From Squalus acanthias (Eukaryota), in the NCBI GenBank assembly GCA_030390025.1, contig JASTWF010000360.1:186001-250000 (forward strand): DNA of 64,000 bases. The letters are read 5' to 3'. A program made the position numbers and the translations under genes. Positions 25,898-39,368 of this stretch are shown here, in pieces (positions within the stretch are counted from its first letter, which is position 1; each line of letters begins with the position of its first letter). Below the pieces are notes generated by a model, which worked only from the letters and a program-made list of their open reading frames with translations, was not told the DNA's origin and made no database searches.

Positions 25898-27688
25898 TTA
25901 CTGAAATAGATATTGTGCAAAATCAGGATAGGTTTGATGTAAATGAAGTGCGAAAGCTAGAATTGTGGTTCCATATTCAAACAAACTCGAAGGATACCCC
26001 ATGGCAGCATATGCATGGCAACGACTGCGCCGTCGGAATTTAACACCGGGGAGCCGGAAGAACCGTGGAAGAAACAGGTATCGTATTTGAGACACTGGTC
26101 ATTATCTTGTGCTGCAAATATGTCTTGTGAGATCATGTACATTCTGTTTAATATCTGCTCTAGTGTATACTCTGATTCAAGATGGTTTTGAATCTGCTCT
26201 AGAAGGCGCTTTGCTATCTGGCGATCTTTCGTTACAACAGGCAAAACAGCACAGTTGTCAATCTTCTTTATTTCTCCATTTGGATGACCAATAATGTAGA
26301 CTGCTCTGTTCTCAGGTACCTCACTGTAGTTTTCTAGAAGACCTGGCAAAGGCTTGGACTCTCTCTGCGGACACTCCTCCAGCTCCAAAACTGCATAATC
26401 GAGGGCTTTGCAATACACTTGAAACCACCCTTTCACTGTGTAACTTGTACCCTGAAATTGGGTTTGTTCGTGCTCAAATGTGACTATGACTTTCTTGTTG
26501 AGAACCTCGGCTATAGCTTCTTCACCTCGAGCTGTAGTATCTTCACCCACTAGCCCTTCAACAACATGGTAGCACGTGAGGATGTATGCATCTTTCAGTA
26601 TGAAGCAAGTCCCTGAATGGTCTTTACGGGAATGGTCCGCTATGTAGCCAACCGATGAACTCTTTGCATTAAGCATTAGTAAATGTATGACTGGGATGGA
26701 GATGTTCCCGTGTGTTTGGTATTCACTCTTCAGGAAATTCACAATCGCTGATGGTGATTCGTCACCGCCTGTGCTTTTTTTCATAAATTTCTGAAAATCA
26801 GAAATGGTTGTCTTGTTTGTGTCCACCATATACGAGGGTATACCTTCTGTTGTACCCATTGAAATGCGTTCAGAACGATAACGTTTCTTTGAGGATCTTG
26901 TATGTATTTCATCAACTCTTGCGCTGCTCTGGGCAGTTATCATTTGGCCCTGGGCAGTCATTCCTTGCCTATTGGCAGCCCCAACGACCTGTATTTGAAA
27001 CACCTGTCCGTTTAACGTATCCACGGTGTTGTTGAATTGAATTTTAGTTACAGGGTTGCCAAACGTTACAAGCTTACAGAGATCAGATCGTACGACGGGG
27101 AGAAAGCGCCCGTCCAACGTTAAAGCTTCCAGTATAGTTTCTCCTTCGAAGCCCAAGACACAAAGATTGCTCTCTCCTTTTGATAGCTTCTGACAAGATA
27201 ATCTTTCGGTTATCTCTCCCTTTTGTTCTACCCATTGGAGAGATGTAAAACAGAATGGGACGTTTGTCCTGAGATCGCGCAGTACTTATTGGTCGACCAC
27301 TGATGCTTCCAGTTGAATCTTTCACAAATAACAGAACAAAGTGGGCTCCCGCTGGCAGACAATGGCAGGGAATCCTACTGCTGACAATTCCTTGAAGAGG
27401 CTGCATCCCATACGTAACAACTTCACGGGATTTATGTCGTTTCTCCGTTTGTAGAAAGTCAGGTGATGTCCGCAGTGCTGAAAGCAAGCTATCGCGTGGC
27501 TTCCCAAGGGTTGTATACCTGACACAGTCAATGTCCCCGTGAAAACTGAATGTGAACTGGAGACTCTGGTCTTTTCTATCGTTGTATTGTTCAGCGGCAG
27601 GCAGTTGCTCACTCTCCTGTGATTCTGCTTGTTGCTCTGGTATGTACTCAGATTTGATGCATTTAGAAAAGGACTCCACTTGACCGGA
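25898..27688 (-). pseudogene. FAM111A: FAM111-family serine protease, large terminal exon with two frameshifts (copy 1)
   Basis: Acceptor T9-CAG at 27689-27700, phase 0. UBL-like segments (IPCHCLP; GFEGETILEALTLDGRF) and triad motifs LTCYHV, LDYAVL, FFHGSSGSPV. Frameshifts near 27180 and 26010. A-versus-B orthology cannot be resolved here. Confidence 0.88.
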
Positions 27689-27713
27689 CTGAAAAAAAAA
27701 GGCATTTAATATC

Positions 27714-27862
27714 TGCATTTAGGCATTTAGTTCTGACGATGGGTCATCAACCTGAAACTCTATTTCTCTCTCCACAGATGCTGCCTGACCTGCTGAGTAT
27801 TTCTAGCATTTTCTGTTTTTATTTCAGATTTCCAGCATCTGCAGTATTTTGCTTTTGTATTA
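27714..27862 (+). mobile_element. Short Penelope 3'-end insertion with decayed hammerhead core
   Basis: CTGACGA-TGGGTCATCAACCT-GAAAC; flanked by a 12-bp direct repeat GCATTTAATATC (27702-27713 and 27863-27874). Confidence 0.7.
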
Positions 27863-27989
27863 GCATTTAATATCAGTTTGATTCACCCCTTGCATTCGCA
27901 CTCAAAGCATGTGGGAGAAGCGGCTGAGCAGAGCTCAGTAAAACAAACGCACGGACAAGTCTGAAAATAGAATTATGAACCTCAAAAAG

Positions 27990-30255
27990 TGACGCAAGAG
28001 CCGAAGGCGGAGCTCTTCCATCTACTAAATGCAATCCAGAACTCTAGTGATTCTATTACCTCTAGAGATAAACTACTGCTAACAATAAATAAATAAAGAT
28101 TAGAAATGTCAGCACAGGCATTTTGAGTTGGGACTGCAGTATGTGGGAGTTTGGGAACAGCAAGACTGTCCTGGATTGCCACATCTGCAGGAAATGCCTC
28201 TGCCTCGAGACACTTCAGCTAAGAGTCGTTGAGCTGGAACCTGAGTTAGAGACACTCCGACACATACGGGGGGTTAGTAATCTCTGGATAGTTTTCTCCA
28301 GAGTACAGTCACACCTCAGAGGAAAGTGTTAGACGTCCTGGAGAGATGTAGGTTGGACATCTTGGGGAGTTAAGGGTTAACAGTCAAACTTCTTTGTATC
28401 TTAAAGCAACAGGTTTTCCTGGCTTTCCAAGATATAAACCGGGTGACATTGAATTGTGGTAAAAGGAATGCATTGTGAGGCTTTCCAATATAAACAGGGT
28501 AAGAAGTGCCGCAAGGAGATGGCATTGCTTGTTTTCTGATATGTAAAGTGCTTGTGTAAGGGAATAAGTGTTAGTACTGACATCACCCATGAATGGTTTA
28601 GTTTTAGGGGAATAAAACAGGGGTCGCGAGTCTTTTTGCTAAAGATAACAGTAGGTAAAGGAAGCCTTGTTTAGGGAAGTGGTTCTGTTTACATATTAAT
28701 CTGTTTTCAAAGGATTTGGGAAATAGATACGTCACTTTGACATTTTCCTTTGATGTCGTAAAATATGGTGTATAAAGGAGCTTGGTTTTCAACAGTTTGT
28801 CAGAGTGTGCTCGAAAGATACTTGGAGTATTGTGCACAGTTCTGGTCTTCATATCACACATGGAGCACTGTGCACAGTTCTGGTCTTCATATCACACTTG
28901 GAGCACTGTGCACAGTTCTGGTCTCCATATCACACATGGAGCACTGTGCACAGTTCTGGTCTTCATATCACACTTGTAGTTACTGTGCACAGTTCTGGTC
29001 TCCATATCACACTTGGAGTATTGTGCACAGTTCTGGTCTCCATATCACACTTGGAATAATGTGCACAGTTCTGATCTCCATATCACACTTGGAGTATTGT
29101 GCACAGTTCTGATCTCCGTATCACACTTGGAGTTACTGTGCACAGTTCTGGTCTACATATCACACTTGGAGTATTGTGCACAGTTCTGATCTCCGTATCA
29201 CACTTGGAGTACTGTGCACAGTTCTGGTCTCCATATCACACTTGGAGCACTGTGCACAGTTCTGGTCTCCATATCACACTTGGAGATACTGTGCACAATT
29301 CTGGTCTCCATATCACACTTGGAGTTACTGTGCACAGTTCTGGTTTCCATATAACACTTGGAGCACTGTGCACAGTTCTGGTCTCCATATCACACTTGGA
29401 GTTACTGTGCACAGTTCTGGTCTCCATATCACACTTGGAGTTACTGTGCACAGTTCTGGTCTCCATATCACACTTGGAGTTACTGTGCACAGTTCTGGTC
29501 TCCATATCACACTTGGAGTTACTGTGCACAGTTCTGGTCTCCATATCACACTTGGAGTTACTGTGCACAGTTCTGGTCTCCATATCACACTTGGAGTTAC
29601 TGTGCACATTTCTGGTCTCTATATCACACTTGGAGTATTGTGCACAGTTCTGGTCTCCATATCACACTTGGAGTATTGTGCACAGTTCTGGTCTCCATAT
29701 CACACTTGGAGCGCTGTGCACAGTTCTGGTCTCCATATTATAAAAAGGATATAGAGGCACTGGAGAAGGTGCAAAAAAGATTCACAAGGATGATATCAGA
29801 ACTGGGAGGATATGCTTTTCAGGAAAGGCTAAACAGGCTGGGACATGTTTCTCTGGAAAAGAGAAGGTGGAGGGATGACCTGATAGAGGATAGATTATGA
29901 AAGGGTTCTATCGGGCAGATGTAGAGAAGATGTGGGGAAACTTGTGGGGAGTCCAAAACTAGAGGTCATAAGTATAAGATAGTCACTAATACATCCAATC
30001 GGGAATTCAGGAGAAACTTCTTTACCCAGAGAATGGTGAGAATGTGGAACTCGCTACCACAGGGAGTGGTTGAGGTGAATAGCACAGATGCATTTAAGGA
30101 GAGGCTGGATAAACACATGAGGGTGAAAGGAATAGAAGGTTATGTTGACGAGGTTAGATGATGAGGGGTGGGAGGAGGCTCGTGTGGAGCATAAACACCA
30201 GCACGGACCAGTTGGGCCGAATGGCCTGTTTTCGGGCTGCAGGCTCGATGTAATT
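27990..30255 (+). mobile_element. Old, internally deleted CR1 (ORF1 zinc-finger relic to 3' end) containing a minisatellite
   Basis: WDCSMWE...HICRKC..LQLRVVELE at 28123-28270; ORF2 C-terminus after 29737. Confidence 0.8.
28817..29737 (+). repeat. 38-39-bp minisatellite, about 24 copies, from the CR1 HLEYCAQFWSPY codons
   Basis: Unit CACACTTGGAGTTACTGTGCACAGTTCTGGTCTCCATAT. Confidence 0.96.
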
Positions 30256-32295
30256 ATGTAAGTCCCTCTGAGCTGCACACAAACACCCACACTTCACTGG
30301 ACATCTGAACGCCAGGAAGTTATGCTCAACCTACTAGTTCGGCCCCAGCTGGAGTATTGTGCCCAATTCTGGGCACCGCACTTCAGGAAGGACGGGAAGG
30401 CATTGGAGAGGGAGTGGGACCGGAGCTGAGAGTGGGGATAAAAGGAGCAGAGACACGAGATCACAGTGGGAGCGGGACCGGAGCTGAGAGCGGGGATAAA
30501 AGGAGCAGCGACCCGAGGCTCGGGATCACAGTGGGAGCGGGACCGGGTGACCGCCAGACAGAGAAGGAGGACCAGGCAGGTAGGGCAGGAATCCCCAGAG
30601 TGCATCTCGCTCGTTAACCGGTTCACAGTTCTGGAAACTGATGGGGGTGATGGTTCCTCTGGGGAGAGCAGCCAGAGCCAAGTCCATAGCACCACGGGTG
30701 GCTCAGCTGCACAGGGGGGGAGGAAGGAGAGTGGAAAAGCAATAGTGGTAGGGGATTCGATAGGGGAGCAGACAGGCATTTCTGCGGCCGTAGACGTGAC
30801 TCCAGGATGGTATGTTGCCACGACGACCTGGTGCCAGGGTCAACGATGTCACTGAACGGCTGCAGGACACTCTGAGGGAGGAGGGTGATCAACCAGAGGT
30901 TGTTGCCCATATCGGTACCAATGACATAGGCAGAAAGAGGGATGAGGTCCTGCAGGCAGAGATAAAGGAGCTAGGAAAGAGATTAAAAAGCAGGAGCTCA
31001 AAGGTAGTAATCTCCGGATTACTCCCGGTGCCACGTGCTGGTGAGTACAGGAATAGGAGGCTAGAGCAGATGTATGCATGGCTGGAGAGATGGTGCAGGA
31101 GGGAGGGCTTTAGATTCCTGAGACATTGGGACCATTTCTGGGCAAGGTGGGACCTGTACAAGCCGGACAGGTTACACCTCAACAGAGCTGGAACCAATAT
31201 TCTCATGGGGGTGGTTGCTAGTGCTGTTGGGGAGAGTTTAAACTACCTTGGCAGGGGGATGGGCACCAGCATATAGGAGTAGAAAAGAGGAATAAGGTGC
31301 ATAAAAGAGTGAGAGTGTTGGATAGTACCAGAGAAGAATGTAGTACTAGATGTGGAAGCAGTACCATATTAGATAGGAGCAGACTAAGAAAGACTTCGAA
31401 AAATTCAAAAATGGGTTGAGAATGCAGGTACGTAAACGCACAAAGTGTGGTGAATAAGTTTAGTGACCTACAAGCACAATTAGCCATGTGGCAATATGAT
31501 GTTGTGGCAATAACGGAAACGTGGCTTAAAAACGGTGAGGACTGGGCACTTAATATTCAAGGGTACAAGGTGTTCAGAAAAAATAAGGAAGGAAAAAAGG
31601 GAGGTGGGGTGGCAGTGCTGATTAAGGAAGACATTGTAGTGTTGGAAAGGGAGGATGTTCTTGAGGGGACAAGGACAGAATCCATTTGGTTAGAGTTGAG
31701 GAGCAAAAAGGGTATGATCACGCTATTGGGGGTATTCTACAGGCCTCCAAATAGTGAGAGGGAGGTAGAGGAGGAAATCTGCAGGGAAATCGCAGAGATA
31801 TGCAAGGGCTATAGGGTGGTGATATTGGAGGACTTTAATTACCCAAATATCGATTGGGATAATGCTAGGGTAAAGGGAAAGGAGGGGGAGGAATTTCTGA
31901 AATGTGTTCAGGAGAATTTCCTTGACCAGTATGTTCTTGGCCCAAAAGGAAGGAGACATTGCTGGATCTGGTGCTGGGGAATGAGGTGGGCCAGGTCGAC
32001 CACGTGTCTGTGGGAGAACACTTGGGTACAAGTGATCATCGTATCATAAGATTTAGATTAGCAATGGAGAGGAGCAAGGAACAATCTAGAGTGGAACTTC
32101 TAAACTGGAATAGGACTAACTTCAATGGGATGCAAAAGGATCTAGCCAGGGTAAAATGGAACCAAAGACTGACAGGAAAAACTGTAATGGAACAATGGGT
32201 GATCTTTAAGGAGGAGATGTTCCAAGTACAGGCTAGGTACATTCCAACAAGAGGGAAGGGTAATGGAACCAAAGCAAGTGCTCCTTGGATGATGA

Positions 32296-34260
32296 TGTGG
32301 AGATGCCGGTGTTGGACTGGGGTGGACAAATGTGAGAAGTCGCACAACACCAGGTTATAGTCCAACAGTTTTATTTGAAATCACAAGCTTTCGGAGCGCT
32401 GCTCCTTCGTCAGTTGAAGTGAAGAGATACATATAGGCACCCACGGACCAGTTGAACCAGGAACACTCCTCGCCACGATGGACGTCTCGGCACTCTACAC
32501 CAGTATCCCCCACGATGACGGCATCGCTGCGACAGCCTCAGTACTCAACACCAACAACAGCCAATCTCCAGATGCCATCCTACAACTCATCCGCTTCATC
32601 CTTGACCACAATGTCTTCACCTTCGATAACCAGTTTTTTACCCAAACACACGGAACAGCCATGGGGACCAAATTTGCACCCCAATAGGCCAACATCTTCA
32701 TGCACAAGTTCGAGCAAGACTTCTTCGTTGCACAGGACCTCCAACCAACGCTATACACCAGATACATCGGCGACATTTTCTTCCTATGGACCCACGGCGA
32801 AGAATCACTGAAAGGACTACACGATAACATCAACAAGTTCCATCCCACCATCAAACTCACCATGGACTACTCCTCAGAATCGGTTTCATTCTTGGACACA
32901 CGAATCTCCATCAAAGACGGACACCTCAGCACTTCACTCTACCGCAAGCCCACGGACAACCTCACGATGCTCCACTTCTCCAGCTTCCACCCTAACCACG
33001 TTAAAGAAGCCATCCCCTATGGACAAGCCCTGCGAATACACAGGATCTGCTCAGACGAGGAGGAACGCGATGGACACCTACAGAAGCTGAAAGACGCCCT
33101 CGTAAGAACGGGATATGACACTCGACTTGTCGATCGACAGTTCCGATGGGCCACAGCGAAAAATCACATAGACGTCCTCAGAAGACGAACACGGGACACA
33201 ACCAACAGAGTACCCTACGTCGTCCAGCACTTCCCCGGAGCGGAGAAACTACGCCATGTTCTTCGCAGCCTTCAACATGTCATCGATGACGACGAACACC
33301 TCGCTAAGGCCATCCCCACCCCTCCACGACTCGCCTTCAAACAGTCGCCTAACCTCAAACAGACCATCGTTCGCCGCAAATTACCCAGCTTTCAGGAGAA
33401 CAGCGACCACGACACCACACAACCCTGCCACGGCAACCTCTGCAAGACATGCCAGATCATCAACACGGACACCATCATCACACATGAGGACACCACCCAC
33501 CAGGTACATGGTACATACTCATGTGACTCGGCCAATGTTGTCTACCTCATATGTTGCAGGAAAGGATGCATGGTACTTTGGCGAGACCATGCAGACACTG
33601 CGACAACGTATGAATGGATATCGCGCAACAATCGCCAGGCAGGAGTGTTCCCTCTCAGTCGGGGAATACTTCAGCAGTCAAGGACATTCAGCCTCCGATC
33701 TTCGGGTAAGCGTTCTCCAAGGCAGCCTTCGAGACACACGACAACGCAAAATCATCGAGCAGAAACTGATAGCCAAGTTCTGCACCCATGAGGACGGCCT
33801 CAACCGGGATCTTGGGTTCATGTCACGCTACATGTAACCCCACCTGACGTAGAGTCATCCAGACTCGAGTCATCGTTGGCTTGTTCTCTCTACACAGATG
33901 CGGCCGGACCTGCTGTGTTTTCCAGCAAAAAAAGTTTTTTGTTTTCCATACAGACCCCAGCATCTGCCACAATTGACCCCTTGTGACCCCACCTCATTGT
34001 CTTTGATGTAATGTTTTCCTGACTGACCTGTTTGGACACCATCCACACCTTTGATTGCCGTGATTATCTCTCTGCCGAGGTGTGATAAAGGGCAGTTGGA
34101 AAGATTAACTGTAGTCACCTGGCTGTGTTCTCTGACTATATATGCTGTGCCTATATGCATCTCTTCACTTCACCTGACGAAGGAGCAGCACTCCGAAAGC
34201 TTGTGATTTCAAATAAAACTGTTGGACTATAACCTGGTGTTGTGCGACTTCTCACATTTG
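32296..34260 (+). mobile_element. Penelope element with short inverted 5' arm
   Basis: RT (MDVSALYTSIP, GTAMG) and GIY-YIG region; 14-bp TSD TCCTTGGATGATGA (32282-32295 and 34261-34274). Confidence 0.95.
34169..34207 (+). ncRNA. Minimal type I hammerhead ribozyme
   Basis: TCAC-CTGACGA-A-GGAG..CTCC-GAAA-GCTT-GTGA; antisense copy at 32381-32418. Confidence 0.8.
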
Positions 34261-36532
34261 TCCTTGGATGATGAGGGAGATAGAGAAAATGATGAAACAA
34301 AAAAAGAGGGTGAATGATGCATGTCAGGTGAATTCTTCAAGGGAGAACCAGACCAAAAACAGTAAGTTGAGAGGGGAAGTGAAGATGAAAAAAAGATTGA
34401 CAAAGAGAGAATATGAGAGTAGAATGGCGGTTAACATAAAAGGGAACTCAAAAATCTTCTATCGGCATGTGAACAGTAAGCGGGTAGTAAGAGGCGGGGT
34501 GGGGACTATTAGGGATAAAGAAGGTGATATATGCTTAGAGGCGCAGGGCAAGGCTAGAATACTCAATGAGTACTTTGTATCGGTGTTTACTAAGGAGGTG
34601 GATGCTGACAAAATATAGGTAGAAGCAGAAAAGCTAGAAGCAATGGAAGGGGTGAAAATTGATAGACAGGATGTACTAGAAAGGCTGGGTATGCTTAGAG
34701 TGGATAAGTCGCCTGGTCCAGATGGCTTGCATCCCAGGTTGCTAAGGGAATTGGGGGAGGAGATAATGGAAGGGTTTGCCATAATTTTCCAATCTTCCCT
34801 AGATACGGGGGAGGTGCCTGAGGATTGGAAAATGGCAAATGTGACACCGTTGTTCAAGAAAGGTTGTAAGGACAATCCTAGTAAATACAGTTTAACATCA
34901 ATGGTGGGTTAAGTTTTAGAAACAATAATCAAGGAAAAAATTAATGGGCACTTGGAGAGATTTAAGCTAATTAAGGAGAGCCAACACGGATTTGTAAAAG
35001 GCAGATCGTGTTTGACTAATCTAGTTGAATTTTTTGATGAATTAACAGCGAGGATTGATGACGGGAATGCAATGGATGTTGTCTACATGGATTTTCGGAA
35101 GGCGTTTGACAAAGTACCACATAGAAGGCTGGTTGACAAAATTGAGGCTCATGGAATAGGTGGATCAGTGGCAGCTTGGATAAGGAATTGGCTTAAGGAC
35201 AGAAAACAGCGAGTTGTGGTAAATGACTGTTTTTCAGACTGGAGGATGGTAGACAGTGGTGTTCCCCAAGGGTCAGTGCTGGGGCCACTGCTTTTTTTGA
35301 TATATATATATATATATATATATATGATTTGGATATTGGAATACAGAGTAGAATTTCTAAATTTGCCGATGACACCAAACTTGGGGGTGTTTCAAACCAT
35401 GAAGATGATACCAATCGACTGTAACAGGACATAGAAAGGCTTGCAGAATGTGCAGACAAGTGGCAGATGGAATTTAATACAGAGAAGTGTGAGGTGATGC
35501 ATTTTGACAGAAGGAACAGGGAGAGGCAATATACACTTAATGGCACAGTTTTAAAGAGTGTGCAGGGACAGAGGGACCTGGGAGTTCATGCACATAGGTC
35601 CCTGAAGATGGTAGGACATATTGAGAGAGTGGGTAACAAAGCATATGGGATCTTGGGCTTCATAAATAGAGGTATTGAGTACAAAAGTAGAGAAGTTATG
35701 CTGAACCTTTATAAAGCGCTGGTTAGGCGACAACTAGTATTGCGTCCAGTTCTGGTCACCACACTTTAGGAAGGATGTGAAGGCTCTTGAGAGGGTGCAG
35801 AGGAGATTTACCAGAATGGTTCCGGGGATGGGGGATCTTAGCTACAAGGACAGGTTGGAGAAGCTGGATTTGTTTTCATTAGAGCTAAGGAGGTTGAGGG
35901 GTGATTTGATAGAGGTGTACAAGATTATGACAGGTTTGGATAGGCTAGACGGGGAAAGGCTGTTCTCACTAGTTGATGGTACAAGGACTAGGGGACACAG
36001 ATTTAAGGTTTTGGGCAAGAGATACAGGGAGGATGTGAGGAAAAACTTTTTTACGCAGCGAGTGGTGAGGACCTGGAGCTCGCTGCCGACGGAAGTGGTG
36101 GAAGCGGAGACACTCAATGTTTTCAAGGGGAGACTGGATAGGCACTTGAGGGAAATAAAGTTGCAGGGTTATGTGGACAGAGCGGGGGAATGGGACTGAG
36201 TGGATTGCTCCGCAGAGAGCTGGCACAGACTCGATGGGCCAAATGGCCTCCTTCTGTGCAGTTATGACTCCATGACTTGGGTGCAGAAAAGATTTACTAG
36301 AATGGTTCCAGGGATGAGGGATTACAGTTACGTGGATAGACTGAAGAAGCTGGGGTTGTTCTTCTTGGAGCAGAGAATGCTAAGAGGAGATTTGATAGAG
36401 GTGTTCAAAATCAGTAAGGATTTAGATCGAGTAAATAAAGAGAAACTGTTTCCAGTGGCTGAAGGGTCGATAATGAAAGGGCACAGATTTAAGGTGATTG
36501 GCAAAAGAACCAGATTTGCATAAACTTGTTAC

Positions 36533-36613
36533 CTCCATCTCCTGGGTTGATCCACTTGTGGAAGTAGAACGTTGAGAAATCGACTGCTGGTCTCCATCAC
36601 TTGGGAAGGACAT
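36533..36613 (-). CDS. Candidate first coding exon of FAM111 copy 1 (27 codons, MSFPSDGDQQSISQRSTSTSGSTQEME)
   Basis: Non-repeat island; acceptor TTTTTCAAAG (exon starts 36641), ATG at 36613, donor GAG|GTAACA in phase 0, compatible with the 27688 acceptor. Confidence 0.55.
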
Positions 36614-36757
36614 TCTTCCGTTATAGCGAGCAATCCTATGTCTTTGAAAAAAATAGCAAAACTGTCTAATCCAAGAAGCAATCATGACTTTTAAGTTGGT
36701 TTCAACACAGAAGCAAGACACCAACAAAACATCTTGTATTGACACAGCCCCTGTAAT

Positions 36758-37190
36758 CTAGTAAAACGTCCCAAGATGCTTCACAGGAGCGATTATCAAA
36801 CAAAATTTGACACCGAGCCGCATAAAGAGATATGAGGACAGGTGACACAAAGCTTGGTCAAAGAGGCAGGTTTTAAGGAGCGTCTTTAAGGAGGAAAGAG
36901 AGGCGGAGAGGTTTAGGGAGGGTATTCCAGAGCTTAGGACCCTGGCAGCTGAAGGCACGGCCGCCAATGGTGGAGCGATGGAAATCGGGGATGATCAAGA
37001 GGCCAGAATTGGAGGAGCGCAGATATCTCGGGGGGGTTGTGGGGCTGGAGGAGATTACAGAGATCGGGAGGGGCGAGGCCATTTGAAAACAAAGATGAGA
37101 ATTTTGAAATCGAGGCGTTGCTTAACCGGGGGCCAATGTGGAACTCAGTCGCACATGAGCTGAGGCAAGGGCGGAGACGGGCGATGTCAC
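36758..37190 (-). mobile_element. L2-type LINE 3' end
   Basis: GGRAFSCQGPKLWNTLP; homologous to 20395-22466. Confidence 0.85.
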
Positions 37191-37451
37191 ATTTCCATAA
37201 AAGCATTTCATAATCTTCAATGCCTCTTCACTAAGGTATGTTGTGAGGACCTCATCTTAACTTCAATTCTTTTGATTCTTCACCTAGCCATTCTTAAAAA
37301 GTTCTTTTTGAAGTGCGACTAAAGAGAACACAAGGATGTTGCTATCAGTAGTTCTTTGACTCATCGCAGCATTGGGTGTGATTGAACACATAGACATTCT
37401 GGAGTGATCTTCTCGGTATAGTGTTACTTAAACAGGCTGGTAAGTCCAAGA

Positions 37452-38680
37452 AGAGTCATAGTCATAGAGTCATAACAGCACAGACGAAGGCCATTCGGCC
37501 CATTGAGTCCGTGCCAGCTCTCTGTAGAGCAATCCAGTCAGACCCATTCCCCCGCTCTATCCCCGTAGCCCTGCAAGTTTTATTTCCCTCACATGCCTAT
37601 CTAGTCTCCCCTTGAAAACATTGAGTGTCTCCGCTTCCACCACTTTCGTCGGCAGCGAGTTCCAGGTCATCACCACTCGCTGCGTAAAAAAGTTTTTCCT
37701 CACATCCCCCCCTGTATCTCTTGCCCAAAACCTTAAATCTGTGTCCCCTAGTCCTTCTGCCATCAACTAGTGGGAACAGCCTTTCCCCGTCTAGCCTATC
37801 CAAACCCGTCATAATCTTGTACACCTCTATCAAATCACCCCTCAATCTCCTTTGCTCTAATGAAAACAAATCCAGTTTCTCCAACCTGTCCTTGTAGCTA
37901 AGATCCCCCATCCCCAGAACCATTCTGGTAAATCTCCTCTGCACCCTCTCAAGGGCCTTCACATCCTGCCTAAAGTGTGGTGACCAGAACTGGACGCAAT
38001 ACTCCAGTTAATGTGCATAGGTCCCTGAAGGTGGCGGGACATATTGACGAGTGGTTAGCAAAGCATATGGGATCTTGGGCTTCATAAATCGAGGTATTGA
38101 GTACAAAAGTAGAGAAGTTATGCTAAACCTTTATAAAACACTAGTTAGGCCTCAGCTGGAGTATTGTTTCCAATTCTGTGCACCGCACTTTAGGAAGGAT
38201 GTCAAGGCCTTGGAGAGGGTGCAGAGGAGATTGACCAGAATGGTACCAGGGATGAGGGACTTCAGTTACGTGGAGAGACTGGAGAAGCTGGGATTGTTCT
38301 CCTTAGAGCAGAGAAGGTTAGGGGGAGATTGACCAGAGGTGTTGAAAAATATGAGGGGTTTTGATAGAATAGAGAGGGAGAAACTGTTTCCAGTGGCAGG
38401 AGGGTCGGTAACCAGAGGACAACAGATTTAAGATCATTGACCAAAGAACCAGAGATGGATAATGCGGAGTTTTTTTTACTCAGCGAGCTGTTACGATCTG
38501 GAATACACTGCCTGAAACGATTCAATGGTAACTTTCAAAACGGAATTGGATAAATGCTTGAAGTGGAAAAATTCACGGGGAAAGGGCAGGGGAGTGGGAC
38601 TAATGGGACAACTCTTTCAAAGAGCCGGCACAGGCACGATGGGCCGAATGGCCTCATTCTGTGCTGCATGATTTCATGGG
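37452..38680. mobile_element. Two CR1 3' fragments back to back (37452-38010 minus, 38011-38680 plus)
   Basis: ORF fragments 37597-37962 (minus) and 38051-38332 (plus). Confidence 0.88.
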
Positions 38681-39368
38681 GTTAATTTTAACTGCACTAG
38701 ACTTTTAAAAACAGGGACCTCGAGATTTATAGGGTCCTACCTGTCGTGCTCTAATTGCACTGATCCCCGTCGATGTTGCCAAGTCCCGCAGGACGTACTG
38801 GTCTCCTCAGATGGTTGTCAGGCCTGTTTTCATTCTAACTCTCTTTCTCGATTGCCCCTCCCATAGTTTTCTTACTCACTTACCTCGGCCTCTTTGATTC
38901 TCAGCCTGGATATTGTCCTGCCGAATGCACCTTGGCCCTACACTCGGGTGTGTCAATAGCCAAAAGCCACAACGACACAACTGGGAGTAGGGAGGGGGAA
39001 GAGTGGAGATCAAGAGTTAAACTATCAAAGGCATGTCACCCCACCCCCACCCTCCCCCGCCCGAAATCTAGCACAAAGAAATGAATTTTACTTCGGAGCA
39101 AGAGCATTATTTTAACAGCGTCATTAACGGCCTCATCCGACCCAGCGAATCATAAATAGCAAACAACTGTAACTCACGATATCTTTAAGATAGTGTCGAG
39201 TAAAAAAAAAGGATACTTTTCAGTAACTTACAGACAAAAAGCACTTGAGAATGCTTCTGCAGCTGGACTTTGACCGATTCCACTGGTCAGGTGAGACGGC
39301 GGGAAGGAAATAAACTGTGAATCAGTTTGGAGTCTGACGATGATATCGTTGTGTGTGCAGTGCACATG

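Larger units (their letters stand above)
30416..36278 (+). mobile_element. Near full-length degraded CR1 (ORF1 esterase, APE, RT) split by a Penelope insertion
   Basis: VVGDS, HIGTND, DRLHL (SGNH); ITETW, YRPP, DFN, SDH (APE); RT motifs; (TA)n expansion at about 35300-35345. Confidence 0.93.

Noticed and set aside
28817..29737. CRISPR-like appearance of the 33-42-bp arrays
   Set aside because: Units are contiguous with no unique spacers, derive from retroposons, and no cas genes are present in this vertebrate DNA.
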